From an uncultured virus (IMG/VR IMGVR_UViG_3300020603_000002) (taxonomy: Duplodnaviria; Heunggongvirae; Uroviricota; Caudoviricetes), in the IMG/VR virus record IMGVR_UViG_3300020603_000002: DNA of 64,000 bases. One strand, given 5' to 3'. How positions within the stretch are numbered: the first letter of the stretch is position 1; every line of letters begins with the position of its first letter. Shown here piece after piece: positions 8,987-17,824 of the stretch. The notes under the pieces were generated by a model. That model was not told where the DNA came from and did not search any database. It saw only the letters and a program-made list of their open reading frames with translations. Made by a program: the position numbers and the translations under genes.

Positions 8987-9085
8987 TCAAAATATTATTT
9001 TTATTAATTCGCACACCAATTTCCAAGTAAAACCTAACCAAAAAATGACAAGTGTCATTAATATTATTCTGTAAAAATGTTTCAT
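8987..9085 (-). CDS. small membrane peptide (not in ORF track)
   Basis: MKHFYRIILMTLVIFWLGFTWKLVCELIKIIF*, 32 aa, fills the gap exactly with ATGA coupling. Confidence 0.55.
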   Translation of the reverse strand: MKHFYRIILMTLVIFWLGFTWKLVCELIKIIF

Positions 9086-9471
9086 ACCACATTCACTAAC
9101 AGTTGAGCAACTTTATATCCTGTGAAAGCCCCTGCCGCTGCAGAACCCGGCAACACAATGAACTTTCCAAGAATTGTGTCATATTTTTTTCTATTCACAA
9201 TATAAGAAATTAGGATGTAATAAACAATATAATTGATCAAAACTAAAAGATCTAACTCTTTAGCAACAAATACAACTATTGAATTTCCAAGGAACCCCCA
9301 CATGAAATTAATAAGAGTTTCTCTCATCAATTCGTTTGGTGTTGTAAGTGCGTCTAAAACTGTAATCTCTCGATCAAATCCTTTTCTCGAGTTGTTGAAT
9401 GTGGTGTTCGAGATACCATTTTGCTTTTCTAAGGTCTTCGAGTTCCTTGTTTTTTCCTTTTTTTCCTGCAC
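9082..9471 (-). CDS. membrane protein (start uncertain)
   Basis: Three hydrophobic segments; N-terminus overlaps the upstream gene. Confidence 0.65.
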   Translation of the reverse strand: MQEKKEKTRNSKTLEKQNGISNTTFNNSRKGFDREITVLDALTTPNELMRETLINFMWGFLGNSIVVFVAKELDLLVLINYIVYYILISYIVNRKKYDTILGKFIVLPGSAAAGAFTGYKVAQLLVNVV

Positions 9472-9595
9472 GACTAATATATTTTATTGTGTTTCCCAAA
9501 CTAAATCCCAATCCCCAAGCATCTATCACTTTGATTGCTTCGTAATAATTATTTTTTCCTCCGTAATGATCTGGATGGTTTATTTGTTCAATCAT
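9374..9595 (-). CDS. DUF3310 (SaV-like) protein
   Basis: INHPDHY...EAI...GNTIKYISRAGKK...EDLRKAKWYL. Confidence 0.9.
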   Translation of the reverse strand: MIEQINHPDHYGGKNNYYEAIKVIDAWGLGFSLGNTIKYISRAGKKGKNKELEDLRKAKWYLEHHIQQLEKRI

Positions 9596-10725
9596 TCCTC
9601 CTCTCTGTATTCTTTTAATAACTCATCGTTGGATTTTGTCCCATATTTTCCTTCTAATGATTTGAGATCAACATGTGAATTCATCATATTTTTCATTTCG
9701 TAAATTTGGTGCGTTGTGTTAAGTGACTTTACAATTTCAGAAATAATTTTGTATGGGTCCGCATTTGATCCTGGTCTTCTATCTTCAACATAACCTTTCC
9801 ATTCGTTTGCCGTGCCCTGTGGTACCCTGATTGATGCTCCACGATCAGACACACCCCAACTAAACTTATCAATTGATTGTGTCTCGAATTGACCTGTAAG
9901 TCTCAAATGGTTTTGTGATCCATAAGCCCTAATATGATCTTGGTGTCTTGATTCAAATGCATTAAATAGTGCCATAAAATATTTTTCGTCTCGTTCATTT
10001 CTCATTTTATCTGTTGAAAAGTTTGTGTGCATCCCCGATCCGTTCCATTCACCATGAGTTAAAGGTTTCGGATGCAGTTCAATATGATATCCATATTTCT
10101 CTGAAACTTTATAGAGTAAGTACCTTGTCATCCAAAGATCGTCCCCCCCTTTATGTTTTCCTTCCGAAAATACTTGATATTCCCATTGACCTAATGCAAC
10201 TTCTGCGTTTATACCGGTAATATTGATTCCATAATTTAAACACATATTCAAATGTTCGTCCACAAATGACCTACCTACCACATTATGTCCAACACCACAA
10301 TAGTATTCACCTTGACCTTTAAGAATATTTCTTTTATGGCCCAAAATACTTCCATTTATTTCTTCACGAATAAAATATTCTTGTTCAAAACCAAACCAAA
10401 GATCCTCGAAACCTTCACCAATTTCGGATCTTTTATTTGTTTCATGTGGTGTACCATCAGGGTTTAATACCTCACACAAAACATAAACGGTATTGTTTTC
10501 TAGTGGAAAAGTTTGTGGAATATAGTGTCTGACGGGGTTTAATAAACAATCTGAGTTTCCTGTATCGGCTTGATTTGTTGATGATCCATCAAAGTTCCAT
10601 ATTGGAAAGTTGCCATCTAAAAACGAATTTTTAACTTCATCGTATTTGACAATTTTAACTTTGCTTCTGAGGTTTGGTTCTGGTTTATACCCGTCTAACC
10701 AAATGTATTCTAGTTTAATTTTCAT
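9592..10725 (-). CDS. glnII: glutamine synthetase type II
   Basis: EYIWLDG, WNFDGSST, GFEQEY, QGEYYCGVG, NAEVALGQWEYQ, WNGSGMHTNFS, RLTG..ET, RGASIRVP, EDRRP. Confidence 0.95.
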   Translation of the reverse strand: MKIKLEYIWLDGYKPEPNLRSKVKIVKYDEVKNSFLDGNFPIWNFDGSSTNQADTGNSDCLLNPVRHYIPQTFPLENNTVYVLCEVLNPDGTPHETNKRSEIGEGFEDLWFGFEQEYFIREEINGSILGHKRNILKGQGEYYCGVGHNVVGRSFVDEHLNMCLNYGINITGINAEVALGQWEYQVFSEGKHKGGDDLWMTRYLLYKVSEKYGYHIELHPKPLTHGEWNGSGMHTNFSTDKMRNERDEKYFMALFNAFESRHQDHIRAYGSQNHLRLTGQFETQSIDKFSWGVSDRGASIRVPQGTANEWKGYVEDRRPGSNADPYKIISEIVKSLNTTHQIYEMKNMMNSHVDLKSLEGKYGTKSNDELLKEYREEE

Positions 10726-10732
10726 GTTATTT

Positions 10733-11491
10733 TTATTGTGTTATTTGTTCGTATTTTTTTGTTTGAGAAATGATTCCAGAAATTCTTCTTTTAAACATAG
10801 GAAGCAAAGTTTCGTTAATAGGAAAAATGTCTTTTGATGTCATTAAAAATATTGGTCCAGTTTTTTTATCAACACTCTCAAACGTAGAAAAGTTATTTAT
10901 AATTTTTGGTATTGTCAATTCGTTAATTTGATCTTGATAAATTAATTTAACTTTGGTCATTTGTTGAGGATTATATTTTGTTTCTTTTTTAATGATATAT
11001 TCCCATACATAATGATTTTTTTTATGATCAACAAAATAAAAAAAACCTTTTGGGTGTAGAATATTTTTTTTGTTTCTTTTTATTTTCATATCCAAAGAAT
11101 CAAAGACTATGGTCCATACAGATTTTGCGATACTGAAATATTCCATTATTCTTGGTGCAGAATACATTAAAATTTTTCTAAACTCTTGGGATTCTTGTTT
11201 GGACATTTGTGGTATTTCTTTGAACTTGAGATCTTTAACCATTATCTCATCATCAATATTGGTAAGTTTTTTGTCGGTATAAATTATTTTATGATCTCTC
11301 ATGAGTGCCTGAACGTTCATTAAATGCAATGAAAGTTCAATAAAACCTGGATACAATTCCAATTTATCAAGTCTGTCTCCCATTTTTTGAAAGTAAGAAA
11401 GTAGTTTGTATTCTTTGTATTCTCGATCAATTGGTTTTTCAAACATCCAATCGGTGTTCAATAAAAACTCTATTTTATTTCTTCGTGCCAT
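10733..11491 (-). CDS. hypothetical protein
   Basis: 252 aa ORF; TATATTTG promoter motif upstream. Confidence 0.75.
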   Translation of the reverse strand: MARRNKIEFLLNTDWMFEKPIDREYKEYKLLSYFQKMGDRLDKLELYPGFIELSLHLMNVQALMRDHKIIYTDKKLTNIDDEIMVKDLKFKEIPQMSKQESQEFRKILMYSAPRIMEYFSIAKSVWTIVFDSLDMKIKRNKKNILHPKGFFYFVDHKKNHYVWEYIIKKETKYNPQQMTKVKLIYQDQINELTIPKIINNFSTFESVDKKTGPIFLMTSKDIFPINETLLPMFKRRISGIISQTKKYEQITQ

Positions 11492-11531
11492 TCATTTGAA
11501 ACATAAGACAAATATATAAAGAAATAAAGGT

Positions 11532-12746
11532 CTATGATACTCTCATGACATAATACTCCGTTCCATTTATATCATATGTCTCGTGATCACCATCATAAGA
11601 GTTAAGTAATGATCCATATCCATCTGAACTAACTACCGTATTTACAATACTATCAGTGTCAATAAAATCCATAATAAAGGTTTTATCATAACCGTAGTGA
11701 CTTATAAAATCTTTTATGTCGTCTTCCCATTCACTAACTCTATCATTTATTTCGTTTTCTATTGCACTTTCGTCATAACCACCTTGGGGATCTTCTTTGA
11801 TTTCTTCTATTGTTTCTTCTAAACCTTCAATTTTTAACTCAAGAGCTTCATATTGATCATCAGGTAAATCTTCATTTTCCAATCTTTTATTTAAAGAGTC
11901 TAAGGTTACCTGAAGTTGTTGGACCTGTCTCATTTGTTGTTGGGAAAGTTCTAATGGAATGTCGTAATTTTCAGGATCATCTCTTACTATATCATCGTAA
12001 AAATCATATAACCAACTTGCCCAACTTTCCGTATCTAATGCACCATCAAAAACCCACTCTGAAAAGGCATCCATACCCATGTCATCTAACAAACTGTCAA
12101 CTGCGTTTTTAGCGGCATAATCGGCTTCTTCTTCTGTATAAACATCATAGGTATTTGGATTAAATCTATTATCACCACCTAACCATTGGTATTGTTTTCC
12201 ATGACCATAGGTTGCTCTTCCACTTGGGTATATGAAATATTTGTCTTCAGGAATCTCATTTCCTTCTTCATCCTCAACCATATCAATATCACCCCTCTGT
12301 TTCAAAAAATCGTAAAGAGCTTCAGTTCTTTCAGAATCATCTTCACCATTTTCAACATCCCATTCACCTTCTTCTCTTTTTTCGTCTAACTCATCAAGTT
12401 TTTGATCCAATTTTGCTTGTTCCCTTATTTTCCACATAGTAGATCCGTAGTCAGATATGTAACTATCTACGGTAATTCCTTCTGTACTCGGTACATTGGT
12501 GTAACTTATGTCTAACCTACCCATAACTCTAACGACACCGGTAAGTGATCCAACATTTTTATTCCCACTAACATCTAACGAACCAGTAATTACAATACCT
12601 TTACCTCTATATGGTTTGAGTTTAGATATTCTTTCAGCAATACCTCCAACATCTTCCAATAAATCTAAGTATTCATAAGGTGAAATTGAAACCAAATTCT
12701 CATCTTGTTCTAAAATATAGTTTTTCAAAAATTTTTTTAACGACAT
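11532..12746 (-). CDS. acidic hypothetical protein (late-motif gene)
   Basis: 404 aa, D/E-rich, N-terminal G.LD.S beta-repeat; TATTTATA 4 nt upstream. Confidence 0.8.
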   Translation of the reverse strand: MSLKKFLKNYILEQDENLVSISPYEYLDLLEDVGGIAERISKLKPYRGKGIVITGSLDVSGNKNVGSLTGVVRVMGRLDISYTNVPSTEGITVDSYISDYGSTMWKIREQAKLDQKLDELDEKREEGEWDVENGEDDSERTEALYDFLKQRGDIDMVEDEEGNEIPEDKYFIYPSGRATYGHGKQYQWLGGDNRFNPNTYDVYTEEEADYAAKNAVDSLLDDMGMDAFSEWVFDGALDTESWASWLYDFYDDIVRDDPENYDIPLELSQQQMRQVQQLQVTLDSLNKRLENEDLPDDQYEALELKIEGLEETIEEIKEDPQGGYDESAIENEINDRVSEWEDDIKDFISHYGYDKTFIMDFIDTDSIVNTVVSSDGYGSLLNSYDGDHETYDINGTEYYVMRVS

Positions 12747-12850
12747 ATGTTATAAATATCCAAAAAAATATAATTGATTTTTTTTATTTAGTGATTAAAG
12801 TTTATTTTGTTAGATATTTATAATCAAATAAACCACTTAAAATAATTATC

Positions 12851-13009
12851 ATGGGCTGCGGATGCAAAAACAAAGCGAATCAACAAGCACAACAACCAAT
12901 CCAACAGGTGAGTCAAGCACAACAACAAGGCGGAGGAAACGCCGCTCAACCAAAAACAAGTGTCCAAGAAAATGTTAAGAAAATAATTTCTAAATATTAC
13001 AGAAGGTAA
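12851..13009 (+). CDS. small Q-rich protein with MGCGCK N-terminus (not in ORF track)
   Basis: MGCGCKNKANQQAQQPIQQVSQAQQQGGGNAAQPKTSVQENVKKIISKYYRR*; late motif at 12815; own terminator. Confidence 0.75.
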   Translation: MGCGCKNKANQQAQQPIQQVSQAQQQGGGNAAQPKTSVQENVKKIISKYYRR

Positions 13010-13033
13010 CCTTTGTTGTGTTAAAAAAATTAT

Positions 13034-13062
13034 AGGTGTTCTTTCGGGACACCTTTTTTTTT
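13034..13062 (+). terminator. intrinsic terminator
   Basis: AGGTGTTC..GGGACACCT hairpin followed by a T-run. Confidence 0.7.
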
Positions 13063-13080
13063 GTTTGATATTTATAACAT

Positions 13081-14205
13081 ATGAGTTTAGAAAGAGCAAG
13101 AAATTTAGTTCAGTTATTTAACAATGATGAATACCATGATGAGATTGAACCGTATTTTAATACTTTAATGAATTTCTTAAAGTTCATTAAAAAATATGGT
13201 TTATTAGATGAACTTGATTTAACACAAATACCATCAAGAGATTTTGATGACGAACTTTTTTCTTTTTTAGCTGAAAATGGTGTTGTGTCAAACATGGACT
13301 ATGATAATATACCAGGTCAATTCAAAAATCATTTTTTACTTTATGGTTTAGAAAACAACTATGAAGACACAATGGTGTTTATAACAAATAATCTTATTAC
13401 TGATGTAGATATTAGACCAGACGGTTTTTATCTTCATTTAAGAGATAGAGAAGAATTAGAAATTCTTTTTTGTGGTGGAAGACGAAATGAAGGTGCAAGA
13501 GGTGTGGCAAAAATAATTTTAAGTGAAGATGGTTTAGGTTATGATTGGTATTATAGCGATTATGTAAAACCATATCAAGTTGTTGAGGAACTGGATGACT
13601 CAAACATTACAGCACTTAAAGATATTATTTTTAAAGAAATCGGGGATAAAGAATTGTCTTTAGAGGATTATGACTCTGACTTTTTTTCTGAACTTTCCGA
13701 AGAACAAGGAACTGAAGGTTATTTTAGAATAAGAGCCGAAGACTTAAATGGTTTAGTTAGTGATGAAGATGCTTTTAACGAGTTATGTAAAAATGATTTG
13801 GATGAATTAGGGCTTAATTTAAGGAGTTTATATGGGCAAGCAGAAAATAGTGCGTATGAAGATGAATTATATGATCTTGTCTATGGTGGTTTAGACGAAT
13901 ACTTTGAAGGAAGAATTAGTGAAGTTCCAAGAGAGGTTACTAGAACTGATGGGTCTAAAATAACAAGATATGATAGTTACATTAAAATTAGAGATTTTCA
14001 AAACATAATTGATACTTTTTTACAATCTAATAAAGGTGGTTATTGGAATGATTCTCATCTAGAATATTTTGGTGGTTTAATTTCGTTAATGGTTGGTATG
14101 ATGAATAACGACGAGATTGATTGTATTGATTTTAGAGCCCCTGACTATCCTGACTGGAACAGAACAACAAAGAATATTAACGAATTCTTTTACGATTACA
14201 TCTAA
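13081..14205 (+). CDS. acidic hypothetical protein
   Basis: 374 aa ORF; TATTTATA 4 nt upstream. Confidence 0.8.
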   Translation: MSLERARNLVQLFNNDEYHDEIEPYFNTLMNFLKFIKKYGLLDELDLTQIPSRDFDDELFSFLAENGVVSNMDYDNIPGQFKNHFLLYGLENNYEDTMVFITNNLITDVDIRPDGFYLHLRDREELEILFCGGRRNEGARGVAKIILSEDGLGYDWYYSDYVKPYQVVEELDDSNITALKDIIFKEIGDKELSLEDYDSDFFSELSEEQGTEGYFRIRAEDLNGLVSDEDAFNELCKNDLDELGLNLRSLYGQAENSAYEDELYDLVYGGLDEYFEGRISEVPREVTRTDGSKITRYDSYIKIRDFQNIIDTFLQSNKGGYWNDSHLEYFGGLISLMVGMMNNDEIDCIDFRAPDYPDWNRTTKNINEFFYDYI

Positions 14206-14254
14206 CTATTTATAGTTTAAATTATTTCTCATATACATTTTAAAAATCAAAAAT

Positions 14255-14950
14255 ATGAGAAAATTAGAAAAAAACACAAGACGGTATTTTGTAAATCTAT
14301 TTGCCGACTACATTCTATCTAAATTTGACAAATCAGAAAACACTATTATTCAAGTAACGGACTTTGAAAACTTTGTTGTTGTAAATGGTCAGACAACAAG
14401 TTCAAAAGTTTTAGATCTTAACGAAATTAAATATGAATTTTCAGGTTGGTTTGATGACTTATTAAGTAGTATTGGAATGAAGGATATAAACCTTATTGAT
14501 ATTATTAAGTATGAACAGGACATACCCGATTTTTCAAAAGGGTGGGTTGATGTAAATAAGTCTTTACGTGTACAAGTTTACGAACCGATTTCTGAAATAA
14601 ATGTTTCATCAGAATTTCCCTATGGACACAGTTTAGGTTGTGGTCGAGCTATGTACTACTACTCACACTATATCTTTAACCACATGTACTCTTTATTGGG
14701 TGTAGATCAATTGTATTTTAGATACTCAAGTCAGTTAGATGAAAATGAAGATTACAAAATCAAAGTTGTATCAAAATCTTCAATTGATAAGTCAAAGATA
14801 GAGAGTTTGGTCTTAGATGTTTTTGATATGAATTTAACTGATTTTAAAGAGAAACTTTCGAACTATCAGTTGTTTGATGATATAACAGATCCCAACTCAC
14901 AAAAACCATATTTAATTCAGGATCGATTAAAAGATGTAATATTATTATAA
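14255..14950 (+). CDS. degenerate S-adenosylmethionine synthetase (MetK)-like protein
   Basis: NLFADYIL / FVVVNGQTTS / LVLDVFDMNL resemble MetK DQISDAIL / VLVAGEITT / V...FDL; catalytic motifs absent. Confidence 0.45.
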   Translation: MRKLEKNTRRYFVNLFADYILSKFDKSENTIIQVTDFENFVVVNGQTTSSKVLDLNEIKYEFSGWFDDLLSSIGMKDINLIDIIKYEQDIPDFSKGWVDVNKSLRVQVYEPISEINVSSEFPYGHSLGCGRAMYYYSHYIFNHMYSLLGVDQLYFRYSSQLDENEDYKIKVVSKSSIDKSKIESLVLDVFDMNLTDFKEKLSNYQLFDDITDPNSQKPYLIQDRLKDVILL

Positions 14951-14987
14951 AAATAAACCCCACTTTAAAGGTTAAGTTTTTTTAATA

Positions 14988-15356
14988 TTAACCGGCCAAT
15001 GCTCCGATGTCATTCATGTGTTCTCTTGCTTCTTCCATATCATCAAAAGTCCCTGAATGTGCCTTAGCTTGATAATTATTACCAACCAATGCGATTTTAT
15101 TATCATCTTCATCTCTATAATATCTAATTTCATTTGGGTAAAAACCAAGAACTCTAAATACTTTTTTATATTTTACACCATCAATATCAATCAGACTTCT
15201 ATCTACACTATCTACAGAACTATTTTTAGTTTTGTCTTTTCTACCGAAAAAGTTACTTAAGAAACCTTCTTCCATTTTTTTTTCTTGAGTTTCACGAATA
15301 ACTCGTCTAACGATACGAGCCAAATCATTTTCTGTAAGTCTTACTATTCTTTTCAT
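14988..15356 (-). CDS. hypothetical protein with shared N-terminal leader
   Basis: MKRIVRLTENDLARIVRRVIRE; late motif at 15374. Confidence 0.75.
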   Translation of the reverse strand: MKRIVRLTENDLARIVRRVIRETQEKKMEEGFLSNFFGRKDKTKNSSVDSVDRSLIDIDGVKYKKVFRVLGFYPNEIRYYRDEDDNKIALVGNNYQAKAHSGTFDDMEEAREHMNDIGALAG

Positions 15357-15421
15357 AAATTATTAATTTCTTTTATAAATACAATCGAAAAAAAAAAAGA
15401 ATCAAAAATTATAAAAAAAAA

Positions 15422-15709
15422 TTATCTTTCGTAAAACTCTTTGATAATCTTTACACCATTTTCAATATTATCAAAATGTTGATCAGGAGCATATAATGAA
15501 GTTGTTGGTTTTTTACTCTCAAAATCTTGGATCAACATAAATGCTGGAACGTAATCGTTTCCTGTTGCATTTACAAATAAGTCGTATTCTTCTTCGAATT
15601 CAAAAATGTCTCTATCAACATAATCTACATTGGCCTCATCAAGTTGTTCTTTGAAGTCCACGCAGTGTGGACATGTTTTCATTGTATATATGACTACTAA
15701 CTTATCCAT
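15422..15709 (-). CDS. glutaredoxin-like protein
   Basis: IYTMKTCPHC...YVP motif. Confidence 0.85.
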   Translation of the reverse strand: MDKLVVIYTMKTCPHCVDFKEQLDEANVDYVDRDIFEFEEEYDLFVNATGNDYVPAFMLIQDFESKKPTTSLYAPDQHFDNIENGVKIIKEFYER

Positions 15710-16016
15710 TGATTAATTCTGTTACTAAACTTTTTATTTCCCCCTCAGAAAGAATACCAACTTTATTACCCACAACTTTTCCTCTATTGAAGGTTATGGT
15801 GTTAGGTATACTTCTAACATTAAGGCTCAATGCCGCCTCTCTATTCAAGTCTACATCCATAGTATACATTCCAACACCTGTTGTGTTTTCTGAAGCAACT
15901 TTTTCGAATATTGGTTTCATTAACCCGCAGGGGCGACACCACGGAGCCCAAAAATCAACAATTATTTTTTCTCCGTTGTTAATTTTTTCTTGTAATTCTA
16001 ATCCTGTAACTTCCAT
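15702..16016 (-). CDS. trxA: thioredoxin
   Basis: VDFWAPWCRPC, DVD, VRSIP. Confidence 0.9.
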   Translation of the reverse strand: MEVTGLELQEKINNGEKIIVDFWAPWCRPCGLMKPIFEKVASENTTGVGMYTMDVDLNREAALSLNVRSIPNTITFNRGKVVGNKVGILSEGEIKSLVTELING

Positions 16017-16020
16017 TAAT

Positions 16021-16359
16021 TTAATTTTTTTTAATTTTTTTTAAGTTTAATATAAAGAAATCAACGTCTCTCAATTTTCTTATAGGATAATAAATCTTAC
16101 AAGAAAAAGAAGAGATCGTAGGTTCACTTTTAGATAAATATATGTGAATGTCGTTGTCAAAGACAAAAATTGAATCTAAATAAATTGTTCCGTCTGCATA
16201 ATTTGTCCCCTCTAAAAAGTATGGTGTGAACTTTGGTTTATTCATTAGAGATCCGCATGTTAATCCATGTCCATCTGTTAGTTCTGTAATAGAAAATAAC
16301 TCACCAGTTTTTTCTGTTATAAGTTTTAAAAATCTTTCTTCGTGTTTAAATTTTTCCAT
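16021..16359 (-). CDS. hypothetical protein
   Basis: 112 aa ORF in the operon. Confidence 0.65.
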   Translation of the reverse strand: MEKFKHEERFLKLITEKTGELFSITELTDGHGLTCGSLMNKPKFTPYFLEGTNYADGTIYLDSIFVFDNDIHIYLSKSEPTISSFSCKIYYPIRKLRDVDFFILNLKKIKKN

Positions 16360-16364
16360 GATGT

Positions 16365-16392
16365 AAAATGGGGGTCACTGACCCCCGTTTTT
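16365..16392 (-). terminator. intrinsic terminator
   Basis: GGGGGTC-ACT-GACCCCC hairpin flanked by A and T runs. Confidence 0.7.
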
Positions 16393-16396
16393 TGTT

Positions 16397-17158
16397 TTAT
16401 ACCAATAACAAGTCTTCTGCCGCTTCCCAAAGTTTTGTGTTCAATCGATGTGACGCTTGGATACTCTTGATCCCACGTAATTTGGTTGTTCTTCCTCGTG
16501 GTGTTTGGTAAGAGAATCCGCCTCTCATCATTTTCTCTTGTACCACGTTAAATACGGTCCAAAGATCACTACCCTCATCCTCAGGACGAAACGGTGTTAG
16601 AAGGTCACTTACGTCAATGGATGCTGGAGCATTTCCAACGGCCCATCGGATTTCAACTGCTCGTTTGATCAAACGAAGTTTTTCTTTTTCAGTAAGTTCT
16701 TTTTCCATCATCTTAGAAACTGACTCTTCAATTTTTGGAAGTTTTTTTGAGAAGTCCTCAGCCAAACCTTTCACCTCATCTAATGAGAAGTGGTTGTGAC
16801 GAAGTGAGAATCGTTCTGCAACTGAAGTAGGTACTGTAAGTCCGTTTGAACATACCAAACGAAATAGTCCTGCTCCCATAGAAAATGTTGCCGATCCATC
16901 GTGAGAGTTACGGATGATTGCTTCAACCACAGTGTCACCAACTTTGGGTAGTTGTCCGTTGCGGTACTTAAGTTCGTGTACTCCGTGAATACCACGACCT
17001 GATTGTTTTACTGAAGAAAGTTGCCAACCTTCACGATCGAACATCTCCATAACTTCGTTCGTTGGTACGAACTCATATTTGTTAGTCAGTTTTAAAGATG
17101 GTGATGTTGCGAATACTGCCGGGGCGATTGATTTGATTAGTTCTGGTGTATATATCAT
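16397..17158 (-). CDS. DUF932/DUF945 family phage/plasmid protein
   Basis: NSHDGS...GLFRLVCSNG...LWTVFNVVQE...N.KLW motifs. Confidence 0.85.
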   Translation of the reverse strand: MIYTPELIKSIAPAVFATSPSLKLTNKYEFVPTNEVMEMFDREGWQLSSVKQSGRGIHGVHELKYRNGQLPKVGDTVVEAIIRNSHDGSATFSMGAGLFRLVCSNGLTVPTSVAERFSLRHNHFSLDEVKGLAEDFSKKLPKIEESVSKMMEKELTEKEKLRLIKRAVEIRWAVGNAPASIDVSDLLTPFRPEDEGSDLWTVFNVVQEKMMRGGFSYQTPRGRTTKLRGIKSIQASHRLNTKLWEAAEDLLLV

Positions 17159-17161
17159 AGT

Positions 17162-17278
17162 TTAATTATTTTCTTTGTTTTTGTGTTTTGTTTTACGAGT
17201 ATAGGTTTTCTTACTTTTTTGAACACAGGGTCTAGTTACCTGCCATATTTCTTTCATCGTAAGTTCTATTGTTTTCAT
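17162..17278 (-). CDS. small basic protein with ArfA-like motif (not in ORF track)
   Basis: MKTIELTMKEIWQVTRPCVQKSKKTYTRKTKHKNKENN*; TATCTTTG promoter motif at 17302. Confidence 0.65.
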   Translation of the reverse strand: MKTIELTMKEIWQVTRPCVQKSKKTYTRKTKHKNKENN

Positions 17279-17341
17279 TTCGTTTCTCGTTAATCACATT
17301 ACAAAGATAATAAACTTTTTATAAATACCAAAAGTTTTAAT

Positions 17342-17370
17342 AAAAAAACCACGGTGTTCTGAGCGTGGTT
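17342..17370 (-). terminator. intrinsic terminator
   Basis: AACCACG...CGTGGTT stem with a T-run on the minus strand. Confidence 0.55.
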
Positions 17371-17398
17371 AAAATAATTGTATTCTGACAATTAATTT

Positions 17399-17476
17399 TT
17401 AGTATGAATCGCACCAACCAAAACAAATTTTACCGAATGTAATTTTTTTTACTAATAAACAAATTGTTTTTTTCAT
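17399..17476 (-). CDS. 25-aa Cys-containing amphipathic peptide (not in ORF track)
   Basis: MKKTICLLVKKITFGKICFGWCDSY*; A-rich leader; lies between a gene and a terminator. Confidence 0.45.
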   Translation of the reverse strand: MKKTICLLVKKITFGKICFGWCDSY

Positions 17477-17489
17477 TTTTATTTTTTTT

Positions 17490-17816
17490 TTAGTTTAGAA
17501 TTATATTACCCCATTTTGTTTTTTGGACACACACATTAATTTTTTCAATCGACTCTTGGATCTCAATTAACTCATGTAATTTAAGTTGTATAACAATATT
17601 TACCATTTGTTGTTTAGTGATAATATAATCATCACTTTCTTTCAAATTTTTTTCACATTGTTCTCTTAACTTACCATAAAACTTTTGTTTTTTAACCTGT
17701 CCTATTAAATCCATAAGATCATTTGAATTACTTTCAAAAAAAGTAATGAGTCGTCTTATATATATTTCAAAATCCACATTTCCCATTACAACAATATAAC
17801 TTTTTATTAATTTCAA
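17490..17816 (-). CDS. hypothetical protein
   Basis: ORF; likely start at the internal Met (MGNVDFEIY). Confidence 0.65.
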   Translation of the reverse strand: MKLIKSYIVVMGNVDFEIYIRRLITFFESNSNDLMDLIGQVKKQKFYGKLREQCEKNLKESDDYIITKQQMVNIVIQLKLHELIEIQESIEKINVCVQKTKWGNIILN

Positions 17817-17824
17817 GTCAAAAA

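Noticed and set aside
9233..9703. Long plus-strand ORFs opposite real genes (also 15709..16044, 32175..32675, 39142..39639 and similar)
   Set aside because: Antisense shadows of well-supported minus-strand genes, with no motifs
12824..13099. 91-aa minus-strand ORF
   Set aside because: Antisense shadow of the 12851..13009 gene; spans its terminator
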